Assembly: GCA_028534125.1 (NCBI GenBank)
Contig: CM052818.1
Location: 26,848,001 to 26,912,000, forward strand
Reading direction: 5' to 3'
Source: Lama glama
Lineage: Eukaryota
Length of the DNA: 64,000 bases
The position numbers and the translations under genes are program-made. The notes below the pieces were generated by a model. It made no database searches and was not told where the DNA came from. It worked only from the letters and a program-made list of their open reading frames with translations. Within the stretch, counting starts at the first letter, position 1; the number at the start of each line of letters is the position of its first letter. This document shows positions 41,251 through 56,010 of this stretch, piece by piece.

Positions 41251-41690
41251 AATATACAATATCTCCTTTTTATTTATTCATTAAAGATACATTTCACATA
41301 GAAAAAAGATTGGCCCATCTAAACTGAAAGATGTTCCAGTCATAATTATAGGGAACTTCTTAAGTTCTGTGATTTTCTGTGATTTTGTGAATACAAATAC
41401 CTTTTTTGTGTGTATTTTGAAAACCAATTTTAAAAACTATTCTTTGATTTAAAACACCAGTGGTAAAAATACATTTCAGATGTCTTTTCAAGGAATAATT
41501 AATATTAAAAACTGTGAAGCTGCAGTTCCTCTTTCCTATTTGCTCTAAAATTAAGGTAGGCTTTATTCAGTGAAATGTATGACTTAACCAACCATTTTAA
41601 GTTAAATCTCTAACTCTTGTTAGTGAGTAGAGAAAGAAGTAATCATGATTGTAATCTTTTCTGATTTCCAGAATAAATCCCTTTTATTAA

Positions 41691-41924
<234 letters not shown>

Positions 41925-44900
41925 TAATATTGACTTTTTATTATGAAATTAAAAAATGCTACTTTAAGGAAAATGATTCTGATGAGTTGTTAGGAAAAAT
42001 GTCTTAGGGTCTTTCTCTGCCATTTTATTAGGATTTGGTATTTGAACCCAATCCTAAATCTGGGAATTTAACCCATTCATAACAGTCCTTGAAGCATATT
42101 TTTGTTTGTTTGTTTGTTTTTTTATCCTTTGTTCTTGTTTCCTCTTCTTTTTATTTCCTTACATTTGTTAGGCTGATTTCCTTACATTTGTTAGACTGAC
42201 TGAAAAAAAATTTTTTTTTGTTTTGTTGGTTTCTTTGCTTATTTTCCTCGTTTTTTTCTTTTTTCTTTTCAAATTTCTTTTTATAATCATCCTCTGTCTC
42301 TCCCTCTGACACCCTAACTCAGGTACAGCGTCATTGGTTGAATCTTCAAGTATACTCCTTTAATTTTATTTTCTTTCCTCCTTAAATATTTTGTACAAAA
42401 GTAGATATAACTACAGTAAGAGGCAAGAGCTTCATGTGTGAAAATATCCTACAGTCTTGATTTGCCACTTTACATTGATGCACCTAAAAATACTAAGTAT
42501 ATGAATTCAACAGCATTCAACTTGCCAGCTTCATACTGGGACTCAAAAGTTGGGAGAAGAGACAAGTTTGATCACCATTACTGCCTGCCATTAGTCTGTT
42601 AATAAATGAGTTTCTTCACCATTAGAAAAGGATGCTAAATCCACCAGAGACTTCTTAGTCTACAGGCTTAGTTTGCCTTTGACTTCTTGGTAAAGGTTTT
42701 CAGCTGTGTAACGCACCTAAGTCCCAAAAAATTAAAAATAAAAATCAAGTAATCTTGCCCCTCAAGAGGTGCTGTGCTGCTTTATTTAAAAGACCGTGTT
42801 CACACTAGTCTGGAAGAAAAGAACACAACTATGAAATTATTTTCCATAAGAAGTTACTGCTTTCTTCTTTTATGTCAAGAGTTGGTGCTAGTTCTCTTTC
42901 ATCGTCACCTTCTCTTGCTTTAACTTCTTAAAACCACACTCCTTTAAGTGATTGCTTCACATGATTCTTTTTCTATGACATGACATTTTACTGTAATGTG
43001 GACCAGTTACATTCCCTCAAAGCTGCTATTTCGGTTCGTATCTGCACAAGAGTAGTATAATAACATTCTTTCTTAGTTTTCTCCAAAGTCTCCTCTGTTT
43101 TAAGAATCCTAACTCAAAATTTATACTTCACAATTGAATTATAGTGTAGTATACATGTATTTAGTTATAACTACTGGAGATTTATTGTTCAATTACGTTT
43201 TCTTTTTTTGTATCCTCAACTCCTGTCTTGAGATCTTTGTTCTTATTTTATTTTTACTTGATAGAAACCTTCCTCCAGCAGTAATAATCTTAGGATACGT
43301 CGTGAAGTGGTGTGCTTTTTGATTCCTTGCATATCTGAAAAAAGTGACTTTATTTTGCCTTCACATTTTAATACTTTAGTTGGGTATACTATTCCTCACA
43401 CAGTCCTTTTTTTTTCACTATTCATAAATGTTTCAGTACTTTTTGTATTCCAATATTGCAAATAAGAGGCTAATAATAGCTTAATTTTTTGAGTTAAATT
43501 TCCATAGATACTAACATCTTAGGTTTTTATCAGCTACCTATTAAAAGTTTCAAATATGTTCTTTAAGAAGTGAAAGATAACTTATAAACCAATAATCAAA
43601 GCAACTGATGTGCAAGTACTGTCTTTAAAGTTTCTCTGCAGTGTGACTTTGTATATCCAGAAATAAAACTTTAATGACGAATTCATTTTCTCCTTTTGTA
43701 TTATGCATGTATTTCACACTCCCAAAAGACAGTGTCTTATGTAATAAATTTCTGAATTAATGGATGCTTATGGACATCATAGCTATCTTTTTCTGCATCT
43801 TTTCATTGCTTTTGCTAAGAAACTTATCTGAAATATGTCTGTATGTCTATAACTTTATATTTTGGTTTAGTAACCTAAAAGAATTTTTCTCTCTATCCTT
43901 GCACCTTAGAAATTTCATCAGGTTCTTTGTAAGTTTATCTTTTCCTTTTCTCTTTCTGGTACCTATTCATATGTTAGGTCTCGTCTTTTTCCTCATTATT
44001 TTAATTTTTTTGTATTTTCACTCCTTTGAAGGATAATCTTCCATTTGAACTTCAAGATAATGATTTTATTATTTAGCAATAATTATTCTTTTTTTCCATT
44101 TTTCTATTGAACATTTAATATAAATCCTGGGGGGGATGTGTTTTTTTAAAACACTTGTAGAATCTCCTTTGTGCTTTAATTATATTGCCTTAAAAATCCT
44201 TATGATAGTTTTACTAAAATATTTTTTTGTTTCTTCCATTAATTTTTTTCTCCAAATGTGTATTCTGGTCTTCCTCCCTCAGGCTGCTGTATCCGTAATA
44301 CTTTTTGCTAGCTCTTGTCAGTAAGTGTGGTTTCTGTACATAACTATCCAGCTCAGGTTGCTGAATTCATTAGGATTGGAGTAGATTGACAGGTAGTAGA
44401 TATCAGGTATGCATTTTTTTATACCATGTTAACAAGTTGGGAAACTTCTCTGTTGAGACTTCTCTGTCCTCAGCCTAGTAGTGCAGCTCTGCTTTGGAGC
44501 TGCCAACAGCAAAAATAAAAGTTAAGTTCTTTGACAGGTGGATGTGAGCAGCTTAAAGGATTTTTCATTTTCTTAAGCCTATGTCGATGACAGTACATTG
44601 CTCTGAGTTAGTTTTGCAAATACTATTAACCGCTAAGATTATTTGTGCTTAGTAAACAGAAATTAGGGCCTGAAATTGTTCGATGCACTTGAAGAGCTGT
44701 GGTGTGACTATCATTGCTTGAGAAGTATATCTGAGTACAGAACATTGGTATGGTCATTGTTTTATTTCAGCCTAGTTAATTAGCAAAACTCCGATAATAA
44801 ATATATATACTCCAGACAATAAATGTATATTTGATGTCCATAGCATCCACTAAATCAAATACTTACCATGTAAATCATTGTCTTGTGGAAGTGTGAAACA

Positions 44901-45187
44901 CATGAACATTATAATAGAGGAAATGAGTTCATCAATGAAACTTTTTTCTGACACTCAAAGCCACAATGCAGAGAAACTTTAAACGTAGCATTTGTATATC
45001 AGTCTCTTTGGTTATTGGCTACTGGTAGCTTATGTGCTTACCTTCTATTTCTTAAGGAATATATTTGAAAATTTTTCTAGATTATTAATTAAAATCTCAA
45101 ATGTTAGTGTTATAAAAATTTAAGTTAAAATATCAATTCAGTATACTTTATCACTTAAAACTAAAATAAAATTATATTTTATTCTAG

Positions 45188-45382
<195 letters not shown>

Positions 45383-45472
45383 TAAATTCATCTAAAATTA
45401 AAGGAGCTAGATAGCTAATTACTGTCTTTCAACTTCCTAAATGTCACCATCACATTGCCTAAAGAAACCTTG

Positions 45473-45496
45473 TAATAATAATAATAATAATAATAA
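45473..45496 (+). repeat. (TAA)8 microsatellite next to a MIR-like fragment
   Basis: Direct count. Confidence 0.9.
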
Positions 45497-46954
45497 TTGC
45501 TATGTACTGAATGCTTGCAATTTACTGAACACCTGAAACCCTGCTTTTTATATGTACTATTTTATTTAATCCCTGCAGCAAACATGTGATATGCAGGTGT
45601 GTGTTAAAGTTCTGAGCAGAGAACATCTAAGTGATACGTTACTGGGAGCCCCATGCAGTCAAAGATAAAAAGTTCCTTTGGCCTGGAGAGCCATCCACTT
45701 GTCTTCATGGACTTTAGCTTCACTTTTTTTGTTTCCCTGACTCTAAGGAAGATAATATTATCTAATTTTTCTCTGAGGAAAGAAGCTCAGAGAAGATAAG
45801 TAACCAGCCTAGAGTTACTCAACTAATGAGTGGCAGATTTGTGATCCTAAGGCCCATATTCTTATCATGCACTTAACTCTGATATGATTCTACTAATGGT
45901 TAAATTAAGCACTTAGATCAGAAGATCAGAAAATTACTATGAGTTTATGCAAAATATATAAGCCACTTTCAGAGCTTTCCCTTTTTTCCCCTACCATTTA
46001 TTAAAACTTTCAGTGGGTCAAGCGTTTTGTGTGTATTACCTCATTTAATTCTGATAACAGTCCTGATAAAGGTATGTCTCTCCATTTTACAGATGAAATA
46101 CTGAGGCTGAGAGAGGTTAAGAACTTTCCTACGGTTTTCTGTATATAGCCAATGAGTGGTTGGAATCAGAGGTGAAGCTCAGATAAATTTCCTTCGCCTA
46201 TATTCTTAACCACTGAATATCCATTCAGACAGATACTTTTTTAAAAAGAAGGAAGAGAAAAAAGAAAAGATCTTAAGGAAGAATATGGAAATTGAAAAAA
46301 TATGTGATTTAGACATGTCTCTATCTTGGACTCAGGTCCTCTTTGAGAAAGTTGATAGTTCTTCCTTCCAGTGAATATCATAAGGGTATGGAGAGAATAA
46401 ATATGTGCCTTTGAATAAGTATAGGTGCTTACCAAGTGCTTTCTGATAAGATGATGAGACAGTGTGTATTTCAAACTAGAATGTGACTCTTAGCATGGCT
46501 TTAATTTCCTTGTTTGGTCTCTGTATGTGTGCAAAATTATTTTGCATTGCTGAAAATTTCACATCACTTATATCTGGCAATTAAGACATTTTTGTGTCTT
46601 AGACAGTGTAAATAATACTGCAACTTATTTTCCCTATCTCTGTAAAAATTGCCACTATTCTTATTAGGAAAATAAGATTTGACATTATTATATAATAGAA
46701 GTGGTACTATTGTTTGAACAGAGAACCAGAGAATGAGGAATCTTCTGGCTCTTCCAAATAAAACAATGATGGATTTAAAAGACAGTATAGTTTATCAGGG
46801 GATAAATACAAAGCTAGCTAAATCTAAGAGAGAGATATTATCATCATTCATAAACAGTTGTGTTTTGAAATCATTTCTATGGATTTTGCAGACTTTGTTT
46901 TTAAAACAATCTGAATAGGAATCAGAAAGAGGGTTATTTATCTTAAAAGTGACT

Positions 46955-47149
46955 CCTTTTTTGCTTTTGGTTGAACTAATAGTAATTGACTTACAATATT
47001 ATATTCATTTCAGGTGTGCAACTTGGTATTTCAACAATTATATATATAATGAATTGATCACCACATTATGTCTGGTAACCATCTGTAACCATATAAACTT
47101 ATTACAGTATTATTGACTGTATTCCCTGTGCTGTAGCTTACAACCTTTA
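46955..47149 (-). mobile_element. Short L1MA-like 3' end with 10-bp TSD
   Basis: ttattacagtattattgactgtattccctgtgctgta; aaaagtgact at 46945-46954 and 47150-47159. Confidence 0.72.
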
Positions 47150-47214
47150 AAAAGTGACTTTGAAGGTTGACTTTCAGGAATTTTTGGAATGACTTTATTA
47201 AACGGGATAGACAG

Positions 47215-47445
47215 GACAGGCAGATAACTGGATTATGGGCCGAATCTGCTCAGATGCCTGGTTGGCTTTTTTTTTTTCAACAGCGCTTTACGTAAGAATG
47301 GTTTTTACATTTTTAAATGGTTATATTTTAAATGATTATATAGATACTTATATAATAGAGTTGTGTGGATTTGGCCTCTTGGCTAGCAAAGTGAAAAACA
47401 TTTACTTGCGGCCCTTTAAGAAAAAGTTTGCTAATTCCTGTTCTG
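47215..47445. mobile_element. MER58B-like hAT MITE
   Basis: gggccgaatctg...taagaatggtttttacatttttaaatggtt...ggccctttaagaaaaagtttgc. Confidence 0.62.
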
Positions 47446-47674
47446 GAAGATTTTATTTGCTTGATAAAATGTAAGGGGAAAAAAGTTAAGGGCATTTCTT
47501 ATAGTGATTATTGATTTAGCAGTTGCAGTACCTGACCTAACCATAGAACAAACATACTGGTTAATGTTAATTCAACATAGTTTTTTTTTTAATGGAAGTA
47601 TGGTTGATTTACAATGTTGTGTTAGTTTCAGGTGTACTTTTTTTTTTTTAAGAAGGAGATTATTTAGAAGGTAA

Positions 47675-47974
<300 letters not shown>

Positions 47975-48229
47975 TAAAATATCAGACTAGATCAAAAAAC
48001 GTGAGTTTCTTGGGTTGTGCATTCTAGAGTTTCAGCTGCAGTAGTCATTTTCTTGCTATTTATTTTATTCACTGATTTTCTTTTTCACTTTTTAAGAAAT
48101 ATTTTAGTGAACTGTTTATTTCTTGGCTAAACGGTCATCATATTTTCAGTCTTTCCCACTCAGAATTTTGATCCCTAAAGTTTGCTCGATAACTTCTGAG
48201 GATCTGTTGCTGTGATCACGGTCGTTAAT

Positions 48230-49700
48230 TGATTGACTCAACAAATATTTATTGAGAGCCTGCTACGTGTCGGGACCGTGCAAAGCCCTGGGGATACATT
48301 TGTGGATGAGACAGGATGATGCTTCTGTCATAATGCAGTTTATAGTTTATAAGGGAACATGATCAACAATGATTATTTGCACATGAGTACTACAAAAGGC
48401 TACAGGAGAGCATGTGACAGGGGAGCCTATCATATCCCAGGCATTCAGGAAAGATTTCCCTAAAAAAATGGCATGGAAAGTGTGAACTGTAGTATAAATA
48501 GGAGTTAGTTTGGGGGAAAGTGTGATATTGCAGTAGATAGCACTTATTTTTAGGCAAAGGGAAAAATATGGGAAGGAGGGGATGCATTTAAGGAATTGTT
48601 TACTCAGTGTGGTTAAGGCTGGGAGAGAAGAGGGGGAGGTGGGTCATGGGGGAACAGGATGAAGCTGGACAAATAGCCAGGTGACAGATCAGGCAGACTT
48701 CCTGGATGTATTAAAACTTTGGCCTTTATTCTGCAAGCAATGGGAAACCATTAGAATGTATTCCACTGAGGAGTAATATGATCAGATTTGCACTTGTTAC
48801 ATTTCATTCTTGCTGCACAGTGGTGAATGGACTCTACAGGGTAGTAATTATGGTGGTCTAAGGAAGGAGATGATAATGACTTCTCCAAGTTGGTAGCAGT
48901 GAGAATGGGAAAAAATATGTGCATTCAAGTGATATTTAGGAGAAAGGATCAATAGAAATTAATTCGCTACAGCAGAAAGGTTGTGACCCAGGTTCCTGAC
49001 TTAAGCATAGTAATATAACTTACTGAGATTGGCAACATTGGAATAGGAGAAGGTCTGGAAGAGCAGGTATCATTAATTCAGTTTTAGACCTTTGAATAGT
49101 TACATGGGTCTGAAGCTCAGAAAAGAGAAGTCAGGTTAGAGAGATAAACTTGGAAGGCATGAGCATTTAGATGGTAAATTATAGATATAGGAGTAAATGA
49201 GATTGCCAGGGAGAGAGTACTGAATGAGGACCCCACCATATAAAATTTAGGGGAAAAAAAAAGAATCAGAAAAAAACATGAAAAAGCAGTCAGAGAGATG
49301 AAAGGGAAAATGGAGGTTGTAGTGTTCACAGATGTCAAGTGGAGTAGAGGAGTGGTCAGCTATATCAGATATTGTCAAGAGATCAAATGAAATGACAGCT
49401 ACAGTGTGTCCTTTGACTTCTGTCCCGTGATGTCCTTAGCAAGAGCTCATCTGGTAGAGTGGTATAAATGGAAGCCCAGACACACTGGGTTAAATATGGA
49501 ATATGAACAGTAACGTCTTTCCAGAAGTTTGACTGTAAAAGAGAGGGCAGAAGACAATAGGTTGAGGGGGTGATGGGGTCTACGGAGATGCTTTTTCTCC
49601 TACAGTACTGAGAAGAAGTGAGCATGTTTAAATACTGACAAGATGGAGCCAGTAGGGTGGGGCAGAGAGGGATTTATTATTCATCCAGGATTTCCAATGG
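48230..49700 (-). mobile_element. L2 LINE, antisense (may extend to ~50340)
   Basis: L2 3' end (tcaacaaatatttattgagagcctgctacgtgtc) followed by ~1.5 kb of purine-rich L2-like sequence. Confidence 0.75.
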
Positions 49701-50414
49701 GATAGTTTGCAGGACACAAGTAGAGGATGTCTCTTTCAGTGCAACATGAAGAAAAGAGGAGAGGACAAGTGTAGAGGATTTATGGATTTGGTGGCTGGAA
49801 GTTGAAGGAGTTATCATCTAATGACTTGTACTTTCTTAATCAAGTGAAAGAGAAGATAAGGTTCTGTGAATGAGGAAGCAAAAAGGAGGGTTAGAAATTC
49901 GAGAAGAGTGGGATGTGGGAGATTGAAGTAACTGTAGAAATATAATATTCTATGATAGTTCTGAGGGTTCAGTAGAGGTTAATGACCTTTGGTTCCATCG
50001 TGTGACTTATGCTGGTACCAGTTCATCTAGTTGAGAGATTTTTCTCCTGCATGTGTAAAGATCGTTAGCAGCCAGATACTTTGATACATTCGTAGTTGGA
50101 CTTTGGCCAAGCAGATTTGATTAAATGTCAACAGAATGGGAGAGGGAAAGATGTTAACAAGATGGTGCTGAAATGATGGATTATGAAATCTCATTTGGAT
50201 GAGGAAGGAAGGTAAGGACAGTAGGAGGCTGATGTATAGGGAGAAAGAAGGGCACTATAGATGTAACTGTGGGAGGATATTGTGGAGGAAAGGGAAGAGA
50301 AGGTTATCCAAGATTAGGTGAAGGAACTGAAAGGTCAAGATCTTAGATATTAGGTCTGGTGTGGTATATTTAGCTTTACCCAACAAGATTTACTCCTTTT
50401 CACCGTAGACCAGG

Positions 50415-51260
50415 GGGAACTGAATCAGTCTCAGACCATCAAGAAGTTTGATTGCCACAGAGCAGAAACCAGATGCACATGAGATGTTTACAAAGAACAT
50501 CCACAAAGGAAATAGTCAACTAATAGTATACACTGGATTGCATACTGCTGCAAGATATGTACCATCCTGCCAAAAGCCATGGCCTGATGCCCAAGTTCTG
50601 AGGGCATAAATGGTATCTCTTGAGCAAGTGGACTTGTTAAATGATACAGCTTTGATAGGCAACTGACAAATGTGATGAAGATGCAGACACACATGCCTCA
50701 AGTTGGGCTCTGGTTCTTCTTTCCATTTTTTTCTCCTTAAATGTGATTATGCTATGGTGGTTGACCTTATGAGATGGGACACATTTAAGAGGATCTGGTA
50801 AAGTAATAACATGAATTTCTATATCTTGGTGGACGTTATCAATAAGCTACAGAGAACACAATGAGTTTCCTATGTGTTAACACAAGATAATGTCTTCAAA
50901 ATGATTTCCTTAGCAAAATATCAAGGGTTTTATTACCAAGCATGTTGAGCACTTTCCTGCACCTCTTCCAAAAAACTAAGTAGTGAGATTGCAGGCAGCT
51001 GGTAGGAAGGAGATGGCATGGCAGATAACAATGAGAACAAGGGCCACTTAGGTGACTGTCTTGTTTCCGCATTGTCAGATGCCCTCAGACTGTCTTCATT
51101 ACGAGATCTTTTGACACTCTCTAAAAATAGTATATACACGGATTCATCCAAATTAGTGAAAGAAGTTCTGATTTTTATAAATTTCATGTTCATCTCTATT
51201 CAGTCATTGCTACCAGAAATGGCCATATTATGTGATACCATGTGTAATACCTAACACAAA
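50415..51260 (+). mobile_element. Highly degenerate non-LTR retrotransposon reverse-transcriptase (RT) relic, family unknown
   Basis: Collinear RT-like motifs RPSRS (50433), TKNIHKGNSQLIVY (50490), MPQ (50693) and DVINKLQ (50832) at RT-like spacing, with frameshifts. Confidence 0.45.
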
Positions 51261-52784
51261 TGAAATGTGATTTTTTTTTCAACAAGTGTATTGAGAGGTG
51301 AGTTTCACCATAGTAATCTTTATTAATGATACTAAAGTATTAAACGGTATATGATGGTAGAACTGTTCAAAATGTGTTTTTGAAAAAACAGTCACCACTC
51401 TGAATAGTTATTTCCCTCCCAGCAAGTGGGTGCTTTTTACCCCATGTGACCACAGTTACTCATTCTCCTGTCCAGATTTATTCCACACATGGCATTTATG
51501 TCATCTGGGAAAATTGTAGATATCAGTGAGAGAATGAATGCCCTCGAGCTGAATGCCCATGTCATCAGATAAGAAGGCAGAAACTCGGAGAGACTTGTTC
51601 TTCCCGTCTCATATGGCCATGCTTAACCTTTCTGATTATGGGATATTTGAAAGTTCCAAAACGTCTTCATTTTTAGGAAGAGAAATGAAAAAAACATTTT
51701 GTTGAAAAAAATCTAACTTGTCAGGTTTTCTCTCCTCACTTTTGTTTTCTTTTATAATTTCATCAACTGTGAATTTTATGCAAAACTAAGAGTTACAAAA
51801 AATATATTAACAACATAAAAATGCATTATCTGCATTTGTGAAGCATTGTGAAGGGGTGGTGTATTCCACATAATTATTTTCCCCTCCATCATATCTGGAC
51901 GGGATTCTTTCTAAGATTTATTATTCACATTATTGCTTTAAAAGCAGCATATGGAACATAATATTTTCTTGATGAGTCAGATTTATAGTAATAGTGATAA
52001 TAACTAACATTTATTGAGCGATTACCATGTGTCATCTACTGTTCTAAGGAAAATACTTGTTTTAACTTGTTTTGTTTTCACTATATTCCTGTGAGGAATT
52101 TCTATCCTCATTTCACATATGAGCAAATGAGGCACAGAGAAGTTAAGTAACTTGTTTAAGATTACACAGGAAACCCAGTCTGGCTCCCGGAGCCTGAGCT
52201 CTTAATTATTATGCCGTGCTGCATCTTACACTTTACTTCATATATTATAGTGTACTTTATTGTTTCAGGAACTTTTGAGATTAAAAAACAAATTCTATAC
52301 CAAAAGGATCCATTTTGCAGTTCTTTTCAGATATTTATGTTTGCTTGATTCGGGCTTTTTTATTTTAGTATATATCCTCTTTTGCTTTCAATTCTTAATG
52401 TGTGCTTTGTCCCCTAACTATTCATTTCACTACACATAATCTCTAAGCACTTGAAAAATTTCGATGACAGAGTTTAGTAGGACCATCTGTAAAGTAAGAT
52501 GTGCAAAAGATCCTTCTGGATTTTTTTATCTAAGTACATTATATGATCTTTAGGGCCCAAGTCTTGGGGCATTTATTTTATAAGCTACTAAAATATTCTA
52601 TATATATTTTGTTGGAATTACTGTTTTTGCAAAAGACCATTATTTGGTTATATTTTGAACAACTGAGGTGGTTAAATGAAGAGACTCTTCACAAGTAAAG
52701 TGTTAAGATATATTCATTAGGCAAGTGAGATTACAGCTGCTGCTTCTTTTTTACAAAAAAGTCTTAAATTGTTATGGTTTACAG

Positions 52785-52929
52785 GTTCACTTATGTAGTT
52801 CCCATTTGTTACTTCGACGAGCAGCTGTGGCATGTCTCCGGCAGCTTGCACAAAGAGAAGCAGCTGAAGTATGTGAATATGCCATGAGCCTGGCCAAAAA
52901 TGCAGGGGACAAAGAGAGCAGTGGAGCTA
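52785..52929 (+). CDS. HEATR5B: HEATR5B exon 22 ([18 protein letters not shown]...ESSGA)
   Basis: ttacag| ... A|gtaagt; 145 nt, phase 0/1. Confidence 0.95.
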
Positions 52930-53930
52930 GTAAGTTATGTTATCTGTCAATATTCTTTTTGTTTAAATATTTTAACATTTCAAATGAGCATTACTTCCTA
53001 AATAACGTTTTAGCATTTAAATACGGTCCATTTTAAATTCTTTTAAATAAAATAAAACTATTATCACTTTTAAAATTCCTGTGTAGTTTCCTTGGTAATT
53101 TTACATTTTTTCGTTTTTAAAATTTTTATAGCTTAAAAAAATTTTTGTAGCCGTTACTCTCAGGATACTTCTGCCATCCCTTAAGTATGTTTAAGCTCTA
53201 TAAGGGATGAGTAACTCTTAGGGATATTGCCTTGTAATAGGCGTCTGAAAAGAGAGATTATCTATTTGGGGGGGGGGTACCTGAAAGCTTCCAGGCATTG
53301 ACAGCGGTTAACCTTTTGTGATACAACTTTTCCTCAAAGAAGGTAAGACCAAAGTAACCAATAAAACTATTAAGTGTCAGTAGATGTTTGGGTGGGAAGG
53401 TAGATCTTTGCTTTCTTTAGCTCTTTTTGTTTTCTGGAGAGTTTTAAGTATAGCTTGAATTTATAGCTAGTTTTCTGATCTCTTGGGATGGTTTGGGAAC
53501 TTTTTCAGAACTTAATTTATAGAGATATTTTCCCTGTTGTGAGAGACAATTTTTACTTACTAAGAACTTTCTAATGGATAGAAGTTGCTTGGGTACTAAG
53601 AAGCAAGATACCAAAATAACTTCAGTTTTAGCATAGTGTGTGTAATAAGAGCTCTATTAACAAGCATACTGTATTATAGAATGCAAAAGAAGTTTCTTAT
53701 ATAAAAGTCCAACAGTCAACATGGTGCTTTCTGCAGAGAAATCTATGACACCATAAGTAATTGCAGAATTCTCCTGAATACATAAAAAATTTTAGAACTT
53801 GTACATGTCAGTCACTATAATCAAAATTGAAAGAGACAAGCTAAGAGAGGGGAAAATATTTGCAAAATGTGCTTATTTGTTAGAATGTATGCATGTATAT
53901 ATTAATATTTTTAAAGCTTTTACAAATTAG

Positions 53931-54466
53931 TGTGCCAGGGGGCCTAAGACCACCCCCAGGTTTGATGATTGACTAGGAAGACACTGCATATAGTCACACT
54001 TAATGGCTATGATTTTTTAAGCAAAGGGACAGAAAGCAAAATCAGCAAAGGGAAAAGGTGCATTGAGTGAAGTCCAGAGCAAACCAGGCACAAGCTTCCC
54101 AGAGTCCACTCCCCATGGTGTCACACAGGAAAGGCTTAATTCCCCAGTAAGGCGTGACAATGCATGTGAAATGTTGTCTGCCAGCAAAGCTTGCTAGACA
54201 TTCATTGCCCAAGTTTTTTACTGGGAGTGGGTCAGATAGGCATGATCTGCCTAGCCTGTACCAAAGTTCAGACTCTCAGAAGGCAAGCAGGTGCTCAGCA
54301 TAAACCATATTGTTGGTATGCACAGTTTAGGCATAGTAAGCCACTTTTATCAGGAAATGACGGGAACTCTGCTGAAACCCAATTCCCAGATTCGAGCCAA
54401 GAACTATCTGTAATATCAGGCCTTAATAGAGTAGTCTCAGACCTGCTATGGTTAACTCTTTTACAC
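53931..54466 (-). mobile_element. MER68/MER77-like ERVL solo LTR inserted in old L1 fragments
   Basis: Reverse complement begins tgtaaaagagttaaccatagcaggtctgagactac and ends ...ggcaca; resembles MER68 as I recall it. Confidence 0.7.
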
Positions 54467-55680
54467 GTCTGTAAAAATCACTAGAGCACACGAAAGGATG
54501 TTTTATCAAAGAAGAAATATCAACATATGAAATATCTTTAACCTCTAGTGATTAAATAGTTGCATGTTAATACAGTCATAGGATACATTTTTCTTCTATA
54601 AAAGTGACCAAGATTAAAAATAGTGATTTTAACCGGTGTGGGGAGAGATATGAACAAAAGAGAAATTTCTTATACTGCTGGTAGAAATGTAAAGTTATAC
54701 AAGTTTTCTGGAGGATTTTTTTTCAGTGTATTCTCAAAGTTTTCAAACTGTGCTTACCACTTTGGCCTAGCAATTCCTCTTTTAGGAATTCATCCTCAGT
54801 GGTTAATCAGTTAATGTACTCCTGATTCAATGGTTTGCTGTGTTGCCATGAAAATCACATGTGGAAATATAATTCCTGATACGGGAAGATATTCACTATA
54901 TACTGCTAAGTGAAAACTAGGCCTCTGTGCCTAATCTCTCTGTAATGTTCCTTCCTTGGAACCTTCTCTTTTGACCTTTCCCACTGTCTTTGAATTCCCA
55001 TCACTGTGTCGGTTTTCTGCAGACCTTCCCTTATTCTGTCTTTGGAGTAACCCAGTTACAAAGAGCCACTTTTCAGCCTGCATCCCTCCATCTCACTCCC
55101 TTCAAGGTTCAGAGGGCATTAGTCTATGTGGAGCTTAATTGTATTTATTCTTAAAGGCTGCCAGTTGTTCTACTCCTGCTATTTGTAAGAATAAGATTTT
55201 CAGATAAAGCAAGAAATGTAACCACTATTTCATAACAATTTTTGATTGTGTATTTCTTGGACAGGATTTTCTCAATTTTAAAATAAACTTTTAGGATATA
55301 ATCCACTTATAATTTGTGTCCTAGCTTTATAGATTTTTAAAAATTTGAACAATAAGACCGAATAAGTTTCAATTTGTTCATCCAATAAATATAGCAATAA
55401 TTTTTTTCCGTCCATTAAATTAAATCTAATTAGAAGTACGTCTCTTTCCCACACTTTTTTCTTATTAAAATCAAATATACATTTGCTGAGCATTCCATGG
55501 AGGTTTGCTTAAAATACCACAGAATAATCAGTCTTAAAAATCAGGCTTTTTACCTTTATTGTCAGATTAAATTGTAATTCTAAAGATATGTAAATTGTGG
55601 ACTATAGTTAAATTGTGTATATAGCTAGCTCATTTTGTTGTTATTGTGAATTTAAATGTGTATCATGGCCTTTAACATAA

Positions 55681-56010
<330 letters not shown>

